In this document: positions 10,015 through 17,505 of the stretch, piece after piece
Numbering within the stretch: the stretch's first letter is position 1
How the letters are laid out: each line of letters starts with the position of its first letter
Origin: Candidatus Heimdallarchaeota archaeon
GTDB lineage: Archaea > Asgardarchaeota > Heimdallarchaeia > Hodarchaeales > Hodarchaeaceae
Direction: 5' to 3'
Length of the DNA stretch: 25,188 nt
NCBI GenBank assembly: GCA_019057635.1
Contig: DXJL01000166.1
Coordinates: forward strand, 1 to 25,188
Position numbers and translations under genes: made by a program
The notes under the pieces: model-generated
The model's database searches: none
Seen by the model: the letters and a program-made list of their open reading frames with translations, nothing else
Told to the model about the DNA's origin: nothing

Positions 10015-11108
10015 TGCCAAACGTCGAAATCACAATGCTGGGAAAGAAATTTGGCAGGGTAGTAGCACTAACAGGCGTCGACCTAGAAATCAAAGATGGT
10101 GAATACCTCGCAATTTTAGGTCCTTCAGGGTGTGGAAAGACTACCCTAATTAATTGTCTTACGGGAATTGTGGATATCACTGAAGGGAAAATTAAAATTG
10201 ATGGGAAAAATGTGGAAGGAATCCCGATAGAAAAACGAGATTTCGCCATGGTATTTCAAAATATTGCGCTATTCCCCCATATGACTGTGGCTGAAAATAT
10301 TACCTATGCACCATTTGTTAACGACATTTCCCCATCAGAACTCAAAAAAGTAGAATCAGAAATGCTGAAACTGGTGGATTTACTAGAACAAAAAGATCTT
10401 TATCCACGTGCTCTGAGTGGGGGTGCTCAACAAAAGACAGCAGTGGCAAGAGCCCTTGCAACGCGTGAAAAACTCCTAATCCTTGATGAACCAATTAGTG
10501 CGTTGGATTATAAGGTTCGTGTAACATTAAGATATGCCATTCGTAAATTGGTTAAAGAATTAGGGTTAACTGCTATCCATATTACCCACGACCAGGAAGA
10601 AGCTTGTTCAGTGGCTGATCGAATAGTTATTCTTCGTGCTGGTGAAATTGTTGAGATAGGCACTCCCCAAGAGCTATATAGTTCTCCTCAAACGCTCTTC
10701 ACGATGAATTTCCTTGGAGAGAGCAATTTTTTGGAAGGAGTCATAACTGAGATAACCTCTGATGACAGGATTCATATTAGCTTTCGAAATAATCAATCCG
10801 TTGGCTTACTGAACGATAATGTTGATTTTGAGGAAGGAGAAAGCGTAGTGGTTGCTTTTCGTCCTGAAAATGCTGTTATAAGTAAAAAATCGACAGAAAA
10901 TTCTTTAATCGGAGATATCACGGGTAAACAATTTATCGGGGGTTATTTTAGATATACAATTATACTTCGAACTGATGATGAAATACTACTCGACTCTCAG
11001 CTCGATTTGGGATCACAAGGGAATGTTTTTATTCAGCTAAACCCTAAAGAGGCACGGATCTTTCGTGCACCTATTTATGGACTTAAGAAGGTGTTAACTC
11101 TTGAATGA
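10014..11108 (+). CDS. ABC importer ATPase 2 (MalK/PotA-like with TOBE region)
   Basis: GPSGCGKTT, MVFQNIALFPHMTVAENI, LSGGAQQKTAVARA, LILDEPISALD, HITHDQEEA. ATG 10014 overlaps the upstream TGA (TGATG); alternative TTG start at 10011. Confidence 0.95.
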   Translation: MPNVEITMLGKKFGRVVALTGVDLEIKDGEYLAILGPSGCGKTTLINCLTGIVDITEGKIKIDGKNVEGIPIEKRDFAMVFQNIALFPHMTVAENITYAPFVNDISPSELKKVESEMLKLVDLLEQKDLYPRALSGGAQQKTAVARALATREKLLILDEPISALDYKVRVTLRYAIRKLVKELGLTAIHITHDQEEACSVADRIVILRAGEIVEIGTPQELYSSPQTLFTMNFLGESNFLEGVITEITSDDRIHISFRNNQSVGLLNDNVDFEEGESVVVAFRPENAVISKKSTENSLIGDITGKQFIGGYFRYTIILRTDDEILLDSQLDLGSQGNVFIQLNPKEARIFRAPIYGLKKVLTLE

Positions 11109-11796
11109 AGGTCAAAATAGTTTACTACATTGGTTTAAAGAACGAAGAAATCAACTAATATTAAAAACCCTAGATCAACATGCGGGTAAATTGGGTGATA
11201 CTTGCACCGCAAGTCTTGAATTGCTTGATCTTTTAAGAACTCCCGATCAATCTAAAGCAGAAAAGTTATATAATCGTGTAAGTATGCAGGAAAGATCAGC
11301 AGATCATTTTCAAGATGATCTAGCAACCGAAATTGCACGAGGATTGTTTCCACCTGAAATACGTGAAAAATTGTTTCGTTTAACCAGAGTAGCAGATTCT
11401 GTAGCTAACTGGATAAAAAGTGGAAGTAAGAATTTAGTTCTCCTTGTAAAATTAGATGTAGATACGTCAGAATTTGATATGATACTTGATTATATGACTG
11501 AACTAGTTAAGCTTACTCATGAAAGTGTCATTATTTATAGAAAAATGGTGAATGCGTTAGGAACCGACGATCAGCTAATTTTAAATACCCGGCAAATAAT
11601 TGAGGATAGAGAAAGGGAAGCGGATAATGTTCACTTTGCGGTACGGGAGGAAATTCTAGCTATAAATGACAAGCAGGGATTCTCAGTACACTTCTTACTG
11701 ATAGAATCAGCAAGATGTCTTGAAAATGCCTCGGATTCAGTAACGAATGCTGCAGCCATCCTGTATTCAATTGTGATGCTAGGCATTCCAACATAA
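11101..11796 (+). CDS. DUF47/TIGR00153 PhoU-like phosphate-transport-regulator family protein
   Basis: Two repeats of the E-x-x-A-D motif (QERSAD, EREAD) with GLFPPEIREKLFRL..ADSVAN and LENASDSV. Overlaps the ATPase 2 stop, so probably co-transcribed. Confidence 0.85.
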   Translation: MNEGQNSLLHWFKERRNQLILKTLDQHAGKLGDTCTASLELLDLLRTPDQSKAEKLYNRVSMQERSADHFQDDLATEIARGLFPPEIREKLFRLTRVADSVANWIKSGSKNLVLLVKLDVDTSEFDMILDYMTELVKLTHESVIIYRKMVNALGTDDQLILNTRQIIEDREREADNVHFAVREEILAINDKQGFSVHFLLIESARCLENASDSVTNAAAILYSIVMLGIPT

Positions 11797-11830
11797 GAAA
11801 AAATTAAAGAAATAAAAAAAGAAAAAGTAT
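11797..11830 (-). terminator. T-tract terminator region of the Lrp gene
   Basis: A-rich run on the plus strand (GAAAAAATTAAAGAAATAAAAAAGAAAAAG) equals oligo-T tracts on the minus strand directly after the Lrp stop. Confidence 0.45.
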
Positions 11831-12295
11831 CTATGGGAGTTTATCATAGATCTTTTCTTCTTTTATAAGCACTTCAATATTTTCGATACCATCGAATTTA
11901 CCTAATTCTGATACGAAATAATCTAGATCATGCTTTGATTTGCTTAGGACTTCAAGGATAAAATTACTTTCACCATTTGCACGGTAGAGGGCAAGTAGAT
12001 CACAATTTACTCCTTGACAAATAAAGGGGAGATTATCCATTTGAGCATAGGTTTCATAACTAGGTTCCATTTGAAATCGAATTATTGCTTGTTTCTCGTA
12101 ACCAAGGTTCACTGGATCGGTCACAACTCGAAAACCTTGAATAACCCCTTTCTCTCGTAGTCGTCGGACTCTATTTCTAACTGTACCCTCTGTACGCCTA
12201 ATCGATTTTGCAATCGTAGTAAATTTAGTTCTCCCATCTCGGTTTAATATTTCTAAGATTTCTCTATCAATTTCATCATAAATCATGTGTTTCAT
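11831..12295 (-). CDS. Lrp/AsnC family transcriptional regulator
   Basis: DEIDREILEILNRDGRTKFTTIAKSIRRTEGTVRNRVRRLREKGVIQGF HTH, DPVNLGY linker and a C-terminal RAM-like domain. Confidence 0.93.
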   Translation of the reverse strand: MKHMIYDEIDREILEILNRDGRTKFTTIAKSIRRTEGTVRNRVRRLREKGVIQGFRVVTDPVNLGYEKQAIIRFQMEPSYETYAQMDNLPFICQGVNCDLLALYRANGESNFILEVLSKSKHDLDYFVSELGKFDGIENIEVLIKEEKIYDKLP

Positions 12296-12301
12296 CTCAA
12301 T

Positions 12302-12334
12302 TCACAATTGTTAATACTTATGTAACTATTGTGA
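12302..12334. promoter_or_regulatory. Imperfect inverted repeat over the Lrp gene start region (candidate operator)
   Basis: TCACAATTGTTA (12302-12313), 9-nt spacer, TAACTATTGTGA (12323-12334); 11 of 12 positions are complementary. Confidence 0.5.
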
Positions 12335-12342
12335 TTTTTTAA

Positions 12343-12355
12343 TTTAAAAAGGTTT
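12343..12355 (-). promoter_or_regulatory. Candidate BRE/TATA box of the Lrp gene
   Basis: Minus strand reads AAACC-TTTTTAAA, about 50 nt upstream of the ATG at 12295. Confidence 0.45.
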
Positions 12356-12389
12356 AGGAGAAACGTAGAAATTCGAGAATAGCAATCTT

Positions 12390-12420
12390 ACGAATGTCGA
12401 AAGACCAACGAATATCGAAA
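12390..12420. repeat. Two 13-bp direct repeats, candidate Lrp-family binding sites
   Basis: ACGAATGTCGAAA (12390-12402) and ACGAATATCGAAA (12408-12420): one mismatch, 18-bp period. Confidence 0.5.
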
Positions 12421-12784
12421 TGAGGAAGAGGAAGAATAATACAATCATGAGACATTTTTGCCAAAAATCGATTCTACAAGCCTAGGAGGAGATAAAAATA
12501 AATTTAGTTATATACTGAAACTATTGAAAGGTGTTAATTGAGTTCTTCACTTGAATAGGAGATTTTTCATCTATTCCTATCAGAGAATTTCCTAAGAATT
12601 AGAGGAAACCCGAGGATTAGCCCAAAAATGAAGAAAATCCAGTCAAGAGACATTTCTTGTAAGGGAGTAGTAATCTCTTCTAAAATTTTATGTAGAACAT
12701 GGATTATGATATTAAACGGGTCTACTTACAAGATTGTTAATAAGAAAAAGGGAAGAGATGAGAATAATTTACTCAGGGATATTT

Positions 12785-14533
12785 CTATGGAAATGTATCC
12801 TTATTTGCAGTTGAAACAGCAAAATTCTGGCCAAAAATTCTCTCCGTTGCATCTTCAAAAGAGGAATGACGTCTAGCTTTGAGATATTGATTCGTTCTCC
12901 TAGCAACTGATTTCCTTTGCAATGGTTCTAAGTCTCCACTCCGTGCTTGCCAATCATCAATATGAGCACCTGGCGGAGCTTGGGCTACAAGACCAACAGT
13001 CATATTTTGGTTGCCATCCATATTAATAATATATTTCTCATGAACATCTGTAGTGAAGAAAATTTCTTCGATCAGAAAATCTTGAACATCAAATGCATTT
13101 TGGAATAGATTGATTAAGAGAGGAATAAGATTGGTGAGAAAGGTCATTAAAGGAGAAGCAAGATTGATGGAGGGTTTCGAAAGAAAAGTTGTCACATTCG
13201 TTTGTAAATCAGTTTCGAAAATTCCTTCAATACTATAATTCCCCTCCCGCTGAATATCAAAGGTATCAACAATCTGAATATTGCTTACGGCTTCAATAAC
13301 TAATGCCTGAGGCATGAATGAGGCATCATTTGTGAAAAAGCTCTTTTTCAACAACCCTCGTTGGGGTTTCTCTTGAGCAGATGATTTGGGAAGGGGATGT
13401 TCAGATGTTTTTTGTTTCTGATGGTCTGACTGGCGTATTTTGCCAAATAATCTACCGAATAAGCCCTTCTTTTTAACTGGAGTGGTACTTTCAACCTGTT
13501 GTTTTGGTGGTGCAGGACGTGGCTTAGATTTTTGTTCTCCTGATAAAGATTTTTTCCAACTACCCGCTTTTTTTTCTTCTAGACCACGTAAATGAAGAAT
13601 TTGAGAAACGCTTGTCGAATTTATGTCTTCAGCAGGAGTTTTCATAATTATCAATGGTTTTGCGGATGAATTTGTATCTCGAACTAGCATAAGGTGCTCT
13701 AGGGTATTGAGAATGCGTCCTCGAAGCATAATAAGTTCACTATTGAGCACTTGCTTATTTAAGAAGGATGTAATTCGCTGAAATGGATCCTGAAGCTTAT
13801 TAACCTTTGTTGATTCATCCACGTTCCATGAGGAGATTAAAGAGGATTGTTGTGCATTAAATAGCAACAGAGCTTGGGTTTCATTCATATTAGCGATTGT
13901 GACACTCGGATTTTGCGATACGAGATGAAGCGCTTCATGGTTTTTTAGCAATTTCCAAATTGGGGTGATTAAATCAGAATATTGCGAATTATCATATTGA
14001 AGTTTGAGTGATTGAATCTCTTCATGAGGATATGTTCGTTTAAGTGCAGCGGACAGAAGAGCTAATTCCCAACCACAAGGACCTTTCGAGAGATAATTTC
14101 CAATTTTCTTCAGATAAGGTGTAATAAAATAATCTTTCAATCGAATTAGTGACACATCTCGGGGCATACCTCTGTCACCCATGAATAAATCTTGAGATCT
14201 CATTTTAATTGCCGTTTTATATGCAACATAGAAAACATGCATGAGTTTGTCGGGGGAATTATTGCGAGAGCGGCCCGAAATAAAAGCTTTGAATACAGAG
14301 CTATAACGATCTTCATCCGATGCTTCTGAAGGCACCTCCGACGCGGTCGTTATAAAATCTGCCACAAATAAGGCTCTAGTAGCTTCTTCTTCGGTTAATC
14401 CTGCATCGGATGCTATAGTGAGAAGCTCCGGAGCAGCACTTGCATATCGACTTAAACGAACAGGAATATCATATTCCCGTCCTAATTCAATAATTAATGA
14501 ATCAAAAAATGAAAGATTCGGTGGGATTAACAC
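12785..14533 (-). CDS. Hypothetical 582-aa protein: helical N-domain, K/P/Q-rich linker with amphipathic KKKGLFGRLFGK, C-terminal alpha/beta (roadblock/longin-like?) domain
   Basis: Long ORF with GGTGAT SD (14537-14542, minus strand) before a GTG start. No family confidently recognised. Confidence 0.8.
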   Translation of the reverse strand: MLIPPNLSFFDSLIIELGREYDIPVRLSRYASAAPELLTIASDAGLTEEEATRALFVADFITTASEVPSEASDEDRYSSVFKAFISGRSRNNSPDKLMHVFYVAYKTAIKMRSQDLFMGDRGMPRDVSLIRLKDYFITPYLKKIGNYLSKGPCGWELALLSAALKRTYPHEEIQSLKLQYDNSQYSDLITPIWKLLKNHEALHLVSQNPSVTIANMNETQALLLFNAQQSSLISSWNVDESTKVNKLQDPFQRITSFLNKQVLNSELIMLRGRILNTLEHLMLVRDTNSSAKPLIIMKTPAEDINSTSVSQILHLRGLEEKKAGSWKKSLSGEQKSKPRPAPPKQQVESTTPVKKKGLFGRLFGKIRQSDHQKQKTSEHPLPKSSAQEKPQRGLLKKSFFTNDASFMPQALVIEAVSNIQIVDTFDIQREGNYSIEGIFETDLQTNVTTFLSKPSINLASPLMTFLTNLIPLLINLFQNAFDVQDFLIEEIFFTTDVHEKYIINMDGNQNMTVGLVAQAPPGAHIDDWQARSGDLEPLQRKSVARRTNQYLKARRHSSFEDATERIFGQNFAVSTANKDTFP

Positions 14534-14643
14534 ATGATCACCAAGTTTCAGTACTCAAGGGAACTAGGATTTTCTAAACTAAAACCTTTTGCTAATGAAT
14601 AAACCTTATTTTTATAAAAAGGATGGCATTCTTGCTAAGAGAC

Positions 14644-15099
14644 TTACTTAAAACTCGTTTTCTGTTGATTTGATAAATACAGGAACGTCAGTGTCAATGC
14701 TCCACCAATTACTCCACCATAGAACCCAACATCGGGCCACCACGCATTATCTTCGATTATATTAATCAAGGCAAATATTATAAAGACACCTAGTTGAATT
14801 CCGATTGCACCAATTGCGGCAAAAATTCCAAACCTAGAAAAAGAATCTTCTAAATTGTCCATTAGTCCGAGGTAAGAGACATAAGCACAAAATATGAGCA
14901 ATGCTACCGCCACGAGTAAAATAGGCGCGACTAACAGATTATCAAAACTAATATCTAGCCATCCAGTCTCTTCATAACCCGCATAGTAACTCCCCCAATA
15001 CCATCCTGCAAAATCCCCAAATAATAATAATGCTGCTCCAATTACACTGGTAATTAAGGAACCTACATACAGATAATTTTGATGCATTGTTTCAGCCAA
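14644..15099 (-). CDS. Hypothetical four-TM membrane protein
   Basis: Four hydrophobic segments; GGTGA SD at 15106-15110 before a TTG start; lies 110 nt upstream of the 582-aa gene in the same orientation. Confidence 0.8.
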   Translation of the reverse strand: MAETMHQNYLYVGSLITSVIGAALLLFGDFAGWYWGSYYAGYEETGWLDISFDNLLVAPILLVAVALLIFCAYVSYLGLMDNLEDSFSRFGIFAAIGAIGIQLGVFIIFALINIIEDNAWWPDVGFYGGVIGGALTLTFLYLSNQQKTSFK

Positions 15100-15284
15100 G
15101 TTTTTTCACCAATTACGTATTCTAAAGGATGTATTTCAAAGTGATTTATCAATTTTTTACTCCATCATTCAGAATAAGTAAGTTCGGGCCAAAAAATAGG
15201 GGAATGATTTTGATGACAGATGTTTTTTTAAGACCAATAAAGAGCTGTAATCTCAACTGAAAGTCTGACATAAAGGTGAAAACT

Positions 15285-15758
15285 GTGAGTAGACGAGTTT
15301 ATATAAAAGGAAAAAAGACGTATGCAAAAGGTCAAGCACCAGATCTGAGCAAATCGAACCGTTATCAAAATATTATCTCCTTAATGAGTATTCGGGTAGA
15401 GGATGTTCATGAAAGAAATCCAATGGATCGTACTGGTGAGTTTTACTTTGAAATCGGTGGAAAGGGTCTTCTTAAGCATGATTATCGCGTACCGTTCCAT
15501 GGGGAAATTAAAATTAAAGAAAACTTAACCTATACTACAAGACAAGATTTTACACTCTGGCTTTCATTTGATGAAGCAGAGAAGGCAAAAACCCTAAGTA
15601 TTCCCATTAAATTTCGTGAGAGGGATCCTACCAAGGATGACACAATCATAAAAACTGAAATTCCCATAACTTTTGGCTCTGGATCAAAGTATGAAGTGAT
15701 TAAAGGACCAGGAATTTCTATTAAACTGAAAATCTCCAGCCATAAGACTCGATTCTGA
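15285..15758 (+). CDS. Hypothetical all-beta protein, C2-domain-like
   Basis: Alternating beta-strand pattern with GEFYFEI and IKFRERDPTKDDTII. The ORF-track start (15276) lies inside the AGGTGA SD, so GTG 15285 is preferred. Confidence 0.75.
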   Translation: MSRRVYIKGKKTYAKGQAPDLSKSNRYQNIISLMSIRVEDVHERNPMDRTGEFYFEIGGKGLLKHDYRVPFHGEIKIKENLTYTTRQDFTLWLSFDEAEKAKTLSIPIKFRERDPTKDDTIIKTEIPITFGSGSKYEVIKGPGISIKLKISSHKTRF

Positions 15759-15773
15759 ATAGGTGTTCTTTAC

Positions 15774-16346
15774 GTGTCTAAAAAGGATTCTAAATCTAAG
15801 AAAGGCTTTATGGATCGAATTAAAGACTCAAGTAAAGATTTTGTTAATGGAGTTAAGCAAGAATTCGATGAAGCGGGGAAATTACCACCTTCCAAAGAGA
15901 GGACAACTTCCTACGTTGGAAGAAAAAGAGAAGAATTTCAGGACGCTGTCAATAGACGTGTAAGTGATACCAGTTCCCCTGAAGAAGTTTATTATTCTAC
16001 AACCGCCTGGTTTTGGGCAATGTTCTTCGTTATAATTATTTGCCTCTCCCTTTTCTTCTCAGGATTTATGTATCCTCGACTATTCTTGGTGGGATTGCTC
16101 GCGTTACTGGCAATGCCTTTTTTAGTAATTTGGTGTTTAATCCATATGATTCCAACGATTCGGATATTTGGAATTACGGTGTTTAATCGAAATCAACTTT
16201 CCTTACGAAGACAATTAACTGTTGGAAAAGAAATAGCACGATTTTTTACACGAGAGTTTTTGGAAGAGTCTCCAATCTTCGCTTTCTTCTTGTTCATGTT
16301 TTTGCTAATCTTTATATTGTCATTACTCTTTGCATTTGTTCCTTAA
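15774..16346 (+). CDS. Hypothetical membrane protein (charged N-terminus, long hydrophobic segment, C-terminal TM)
   Basis: 15 nt after the previous gene, with AGGTG SD. About 60-aa hydrophobic stretch plus C-terminal IFAFFLFMFLLIFILSLLFAFVP. Confidence 0.8.
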   Translation: MSKKDSKSKKGFMDRIKDSSKDFVNGVKQEFDEAGKLPPSKERTTSYVGRKREEFQDAVNRRVSDTSSPEEVYYSTTAWFWAMFFVIIICLSLFFSGFMYPRLFLVGLLALLAMPFLVIWCLIHMIPTIRIFGITVFNRNQLSLRRQLTVGKEIARFFTREFLEESPIFAFFLFMFLLIFILSLLFAFVP

Positions 16347-16353
16347 ATAACTC

Positions 16354-17292
16354 TTAAGAGCCAATATGGAGTAGGTCACAATATTTTAAGGTGACTAGCA
16401 ATTCATAGGTACACTTTCCTGTCCATTCCCGTTCTACCTGTTTCCATATTTCATCTTCTCCCCATTTCCACAAAGGATGTGAACCCCCATCATCTCCCAA
16501 TCGTTTTACTTCATTTTCGATTAATTGTTTCATCTTTTTGGGATGTTTCTGGTAGAGATAGGAAGTTTTTTCAGTAATTAACCTCTGTATCTTGATTTCT
16601 TCGAATTTTTGTTCATCCAAGAGCTCTAAGTTCTCAAAGGTTGTATCTAGCATAGTTATAATGTCTTCTGATAATTCCTGAGAAACATGGTGTATTAGAC
16701 GCTTGAAACAAAGAAATTTGTAGTAGATAAATTCTGTGAGTTTGGGTACAAATTTGAGATATTTTTGCAAATCTCCCACTATTTCATCATACAACGATTG
16801 CGAAATGAACTGTTGATACCGTAGGAGATAGCCTATCACCTCTACGCTCGGATTCGGCCATTCTTCAATCCTTGGGGGTTCAAGTTTTTTTCCAGACCAC
16901 CAAGGGGCGTGTAATGAGTGGTTTGATTCAAAAGGAGTTAGATTCCAGAAGTAGTTTAGAGGGGAACCTTTTGGAAATTCTTGGATTTCTCTTATAAGAT
17001 ATAGAATTGCCTGTTTAATCATATCATTCGGTTCTGAAAGTTTTAGTTCATGTACATATTGCATAGCTACGGTTGTTGCTAAAACAGAGGATTTATCTGT
17101 CCGAAAATCTGATTCCAAGGCCTGTCCAAAACCTCCGTCCTCATTTTGATAGGTCTTTAAGATATCAAGGACTGTTCGGGGTGATTTATCCATAAATTCG
17201 AATTCAAAAAGGGCTCGATCCAACGGTCGGGCATGGGTCATGATATAGTGTCTGGCTTTTGTAAATTTCTCATTGGAAAGCATTATAGTCAC
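16354..17292 (-). CDS. Conserved hypothetical protein with prenyltransferase/squalene-cyclase-type repeat (alpha/alpha toroid)
   Basis: ARPLDRALF, YQNEDGGFGQALESDFR..SSVLAT, HAPWW and DDGG..PLWKW. QNEDGGFG is the QW/PFTB-like repeat. Start is GTG 17292 or ATG 17283. Confidence 0.7.
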   Translation of the reverse strand: MTIMLSNEKFTKARHYIMTHARPLDRALFEFEFMDKSPRTVLDILKTYQNEDGGFGQALESDFRTDKSSVLATTVAMQYVHELKLSEPNDMIKQAILYLIREIQEFPKGSPLNYFWNLTPFESNHSLHAPWWSGKKLEPPRIEEWPNPSVEVIGYLLRYQQFISQSLYDEIVGDLQKYLKFVPKLTEFIYYKFLCFKRLIHHVSQELSEDIITMLDTTFENLELLDEQKFEEIKIQRLITEKTSYLYQKHPKKMKQLIENEVKRLGDDGGSHPLWKWGEDEIWKQVEREWTGKCTYELLVTLKYCDLLHIGS

Positions 17293-17505
17293 AAAATAGT
17301 AGAATTTAAACTGTTTGTAAGTTTTTATCGAGTAAGAACTCTACCGTGACACTTTTTCAAGAACTTAAGAAAATTTGGGTTGGGAATTTTGATCAAGTGA
17401 TGATTTACCATCAGGAAAAAGAATAATAATTGACTCAAGTCGAAAGGCAAACTATAAGGAAACTCTGTAATATACTGAAAACTAATGAATGAATTCATTT
17501 AGGAT

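Noticed and set aside
12510-12520. ATATACTGAAA also found upstream of tldD (17470-17480)
   Set aside because: An 11-nt AT-rich match in two places is compatible with chance, and the copy at 12510 is not positioned before a supported plus-strand gene.
12421-12784. Long intergenic region as a possible ncRNA, tRNA or CRISPR locus, including a weak GAATAG...CTATTC hairpin near 12554-12575
   Set aside because: AT-rich, with no cloverleaf or T-loop motif, no regularly spaced repeats and only a short stem.
12628-12876. 82-aa plus-strand ORF in the gap after the 582-aa gene
   Set aside because: Overlaps the 3' end of the 582-aa gene on the opposite strand and has no recognisable motif; probably spurious.
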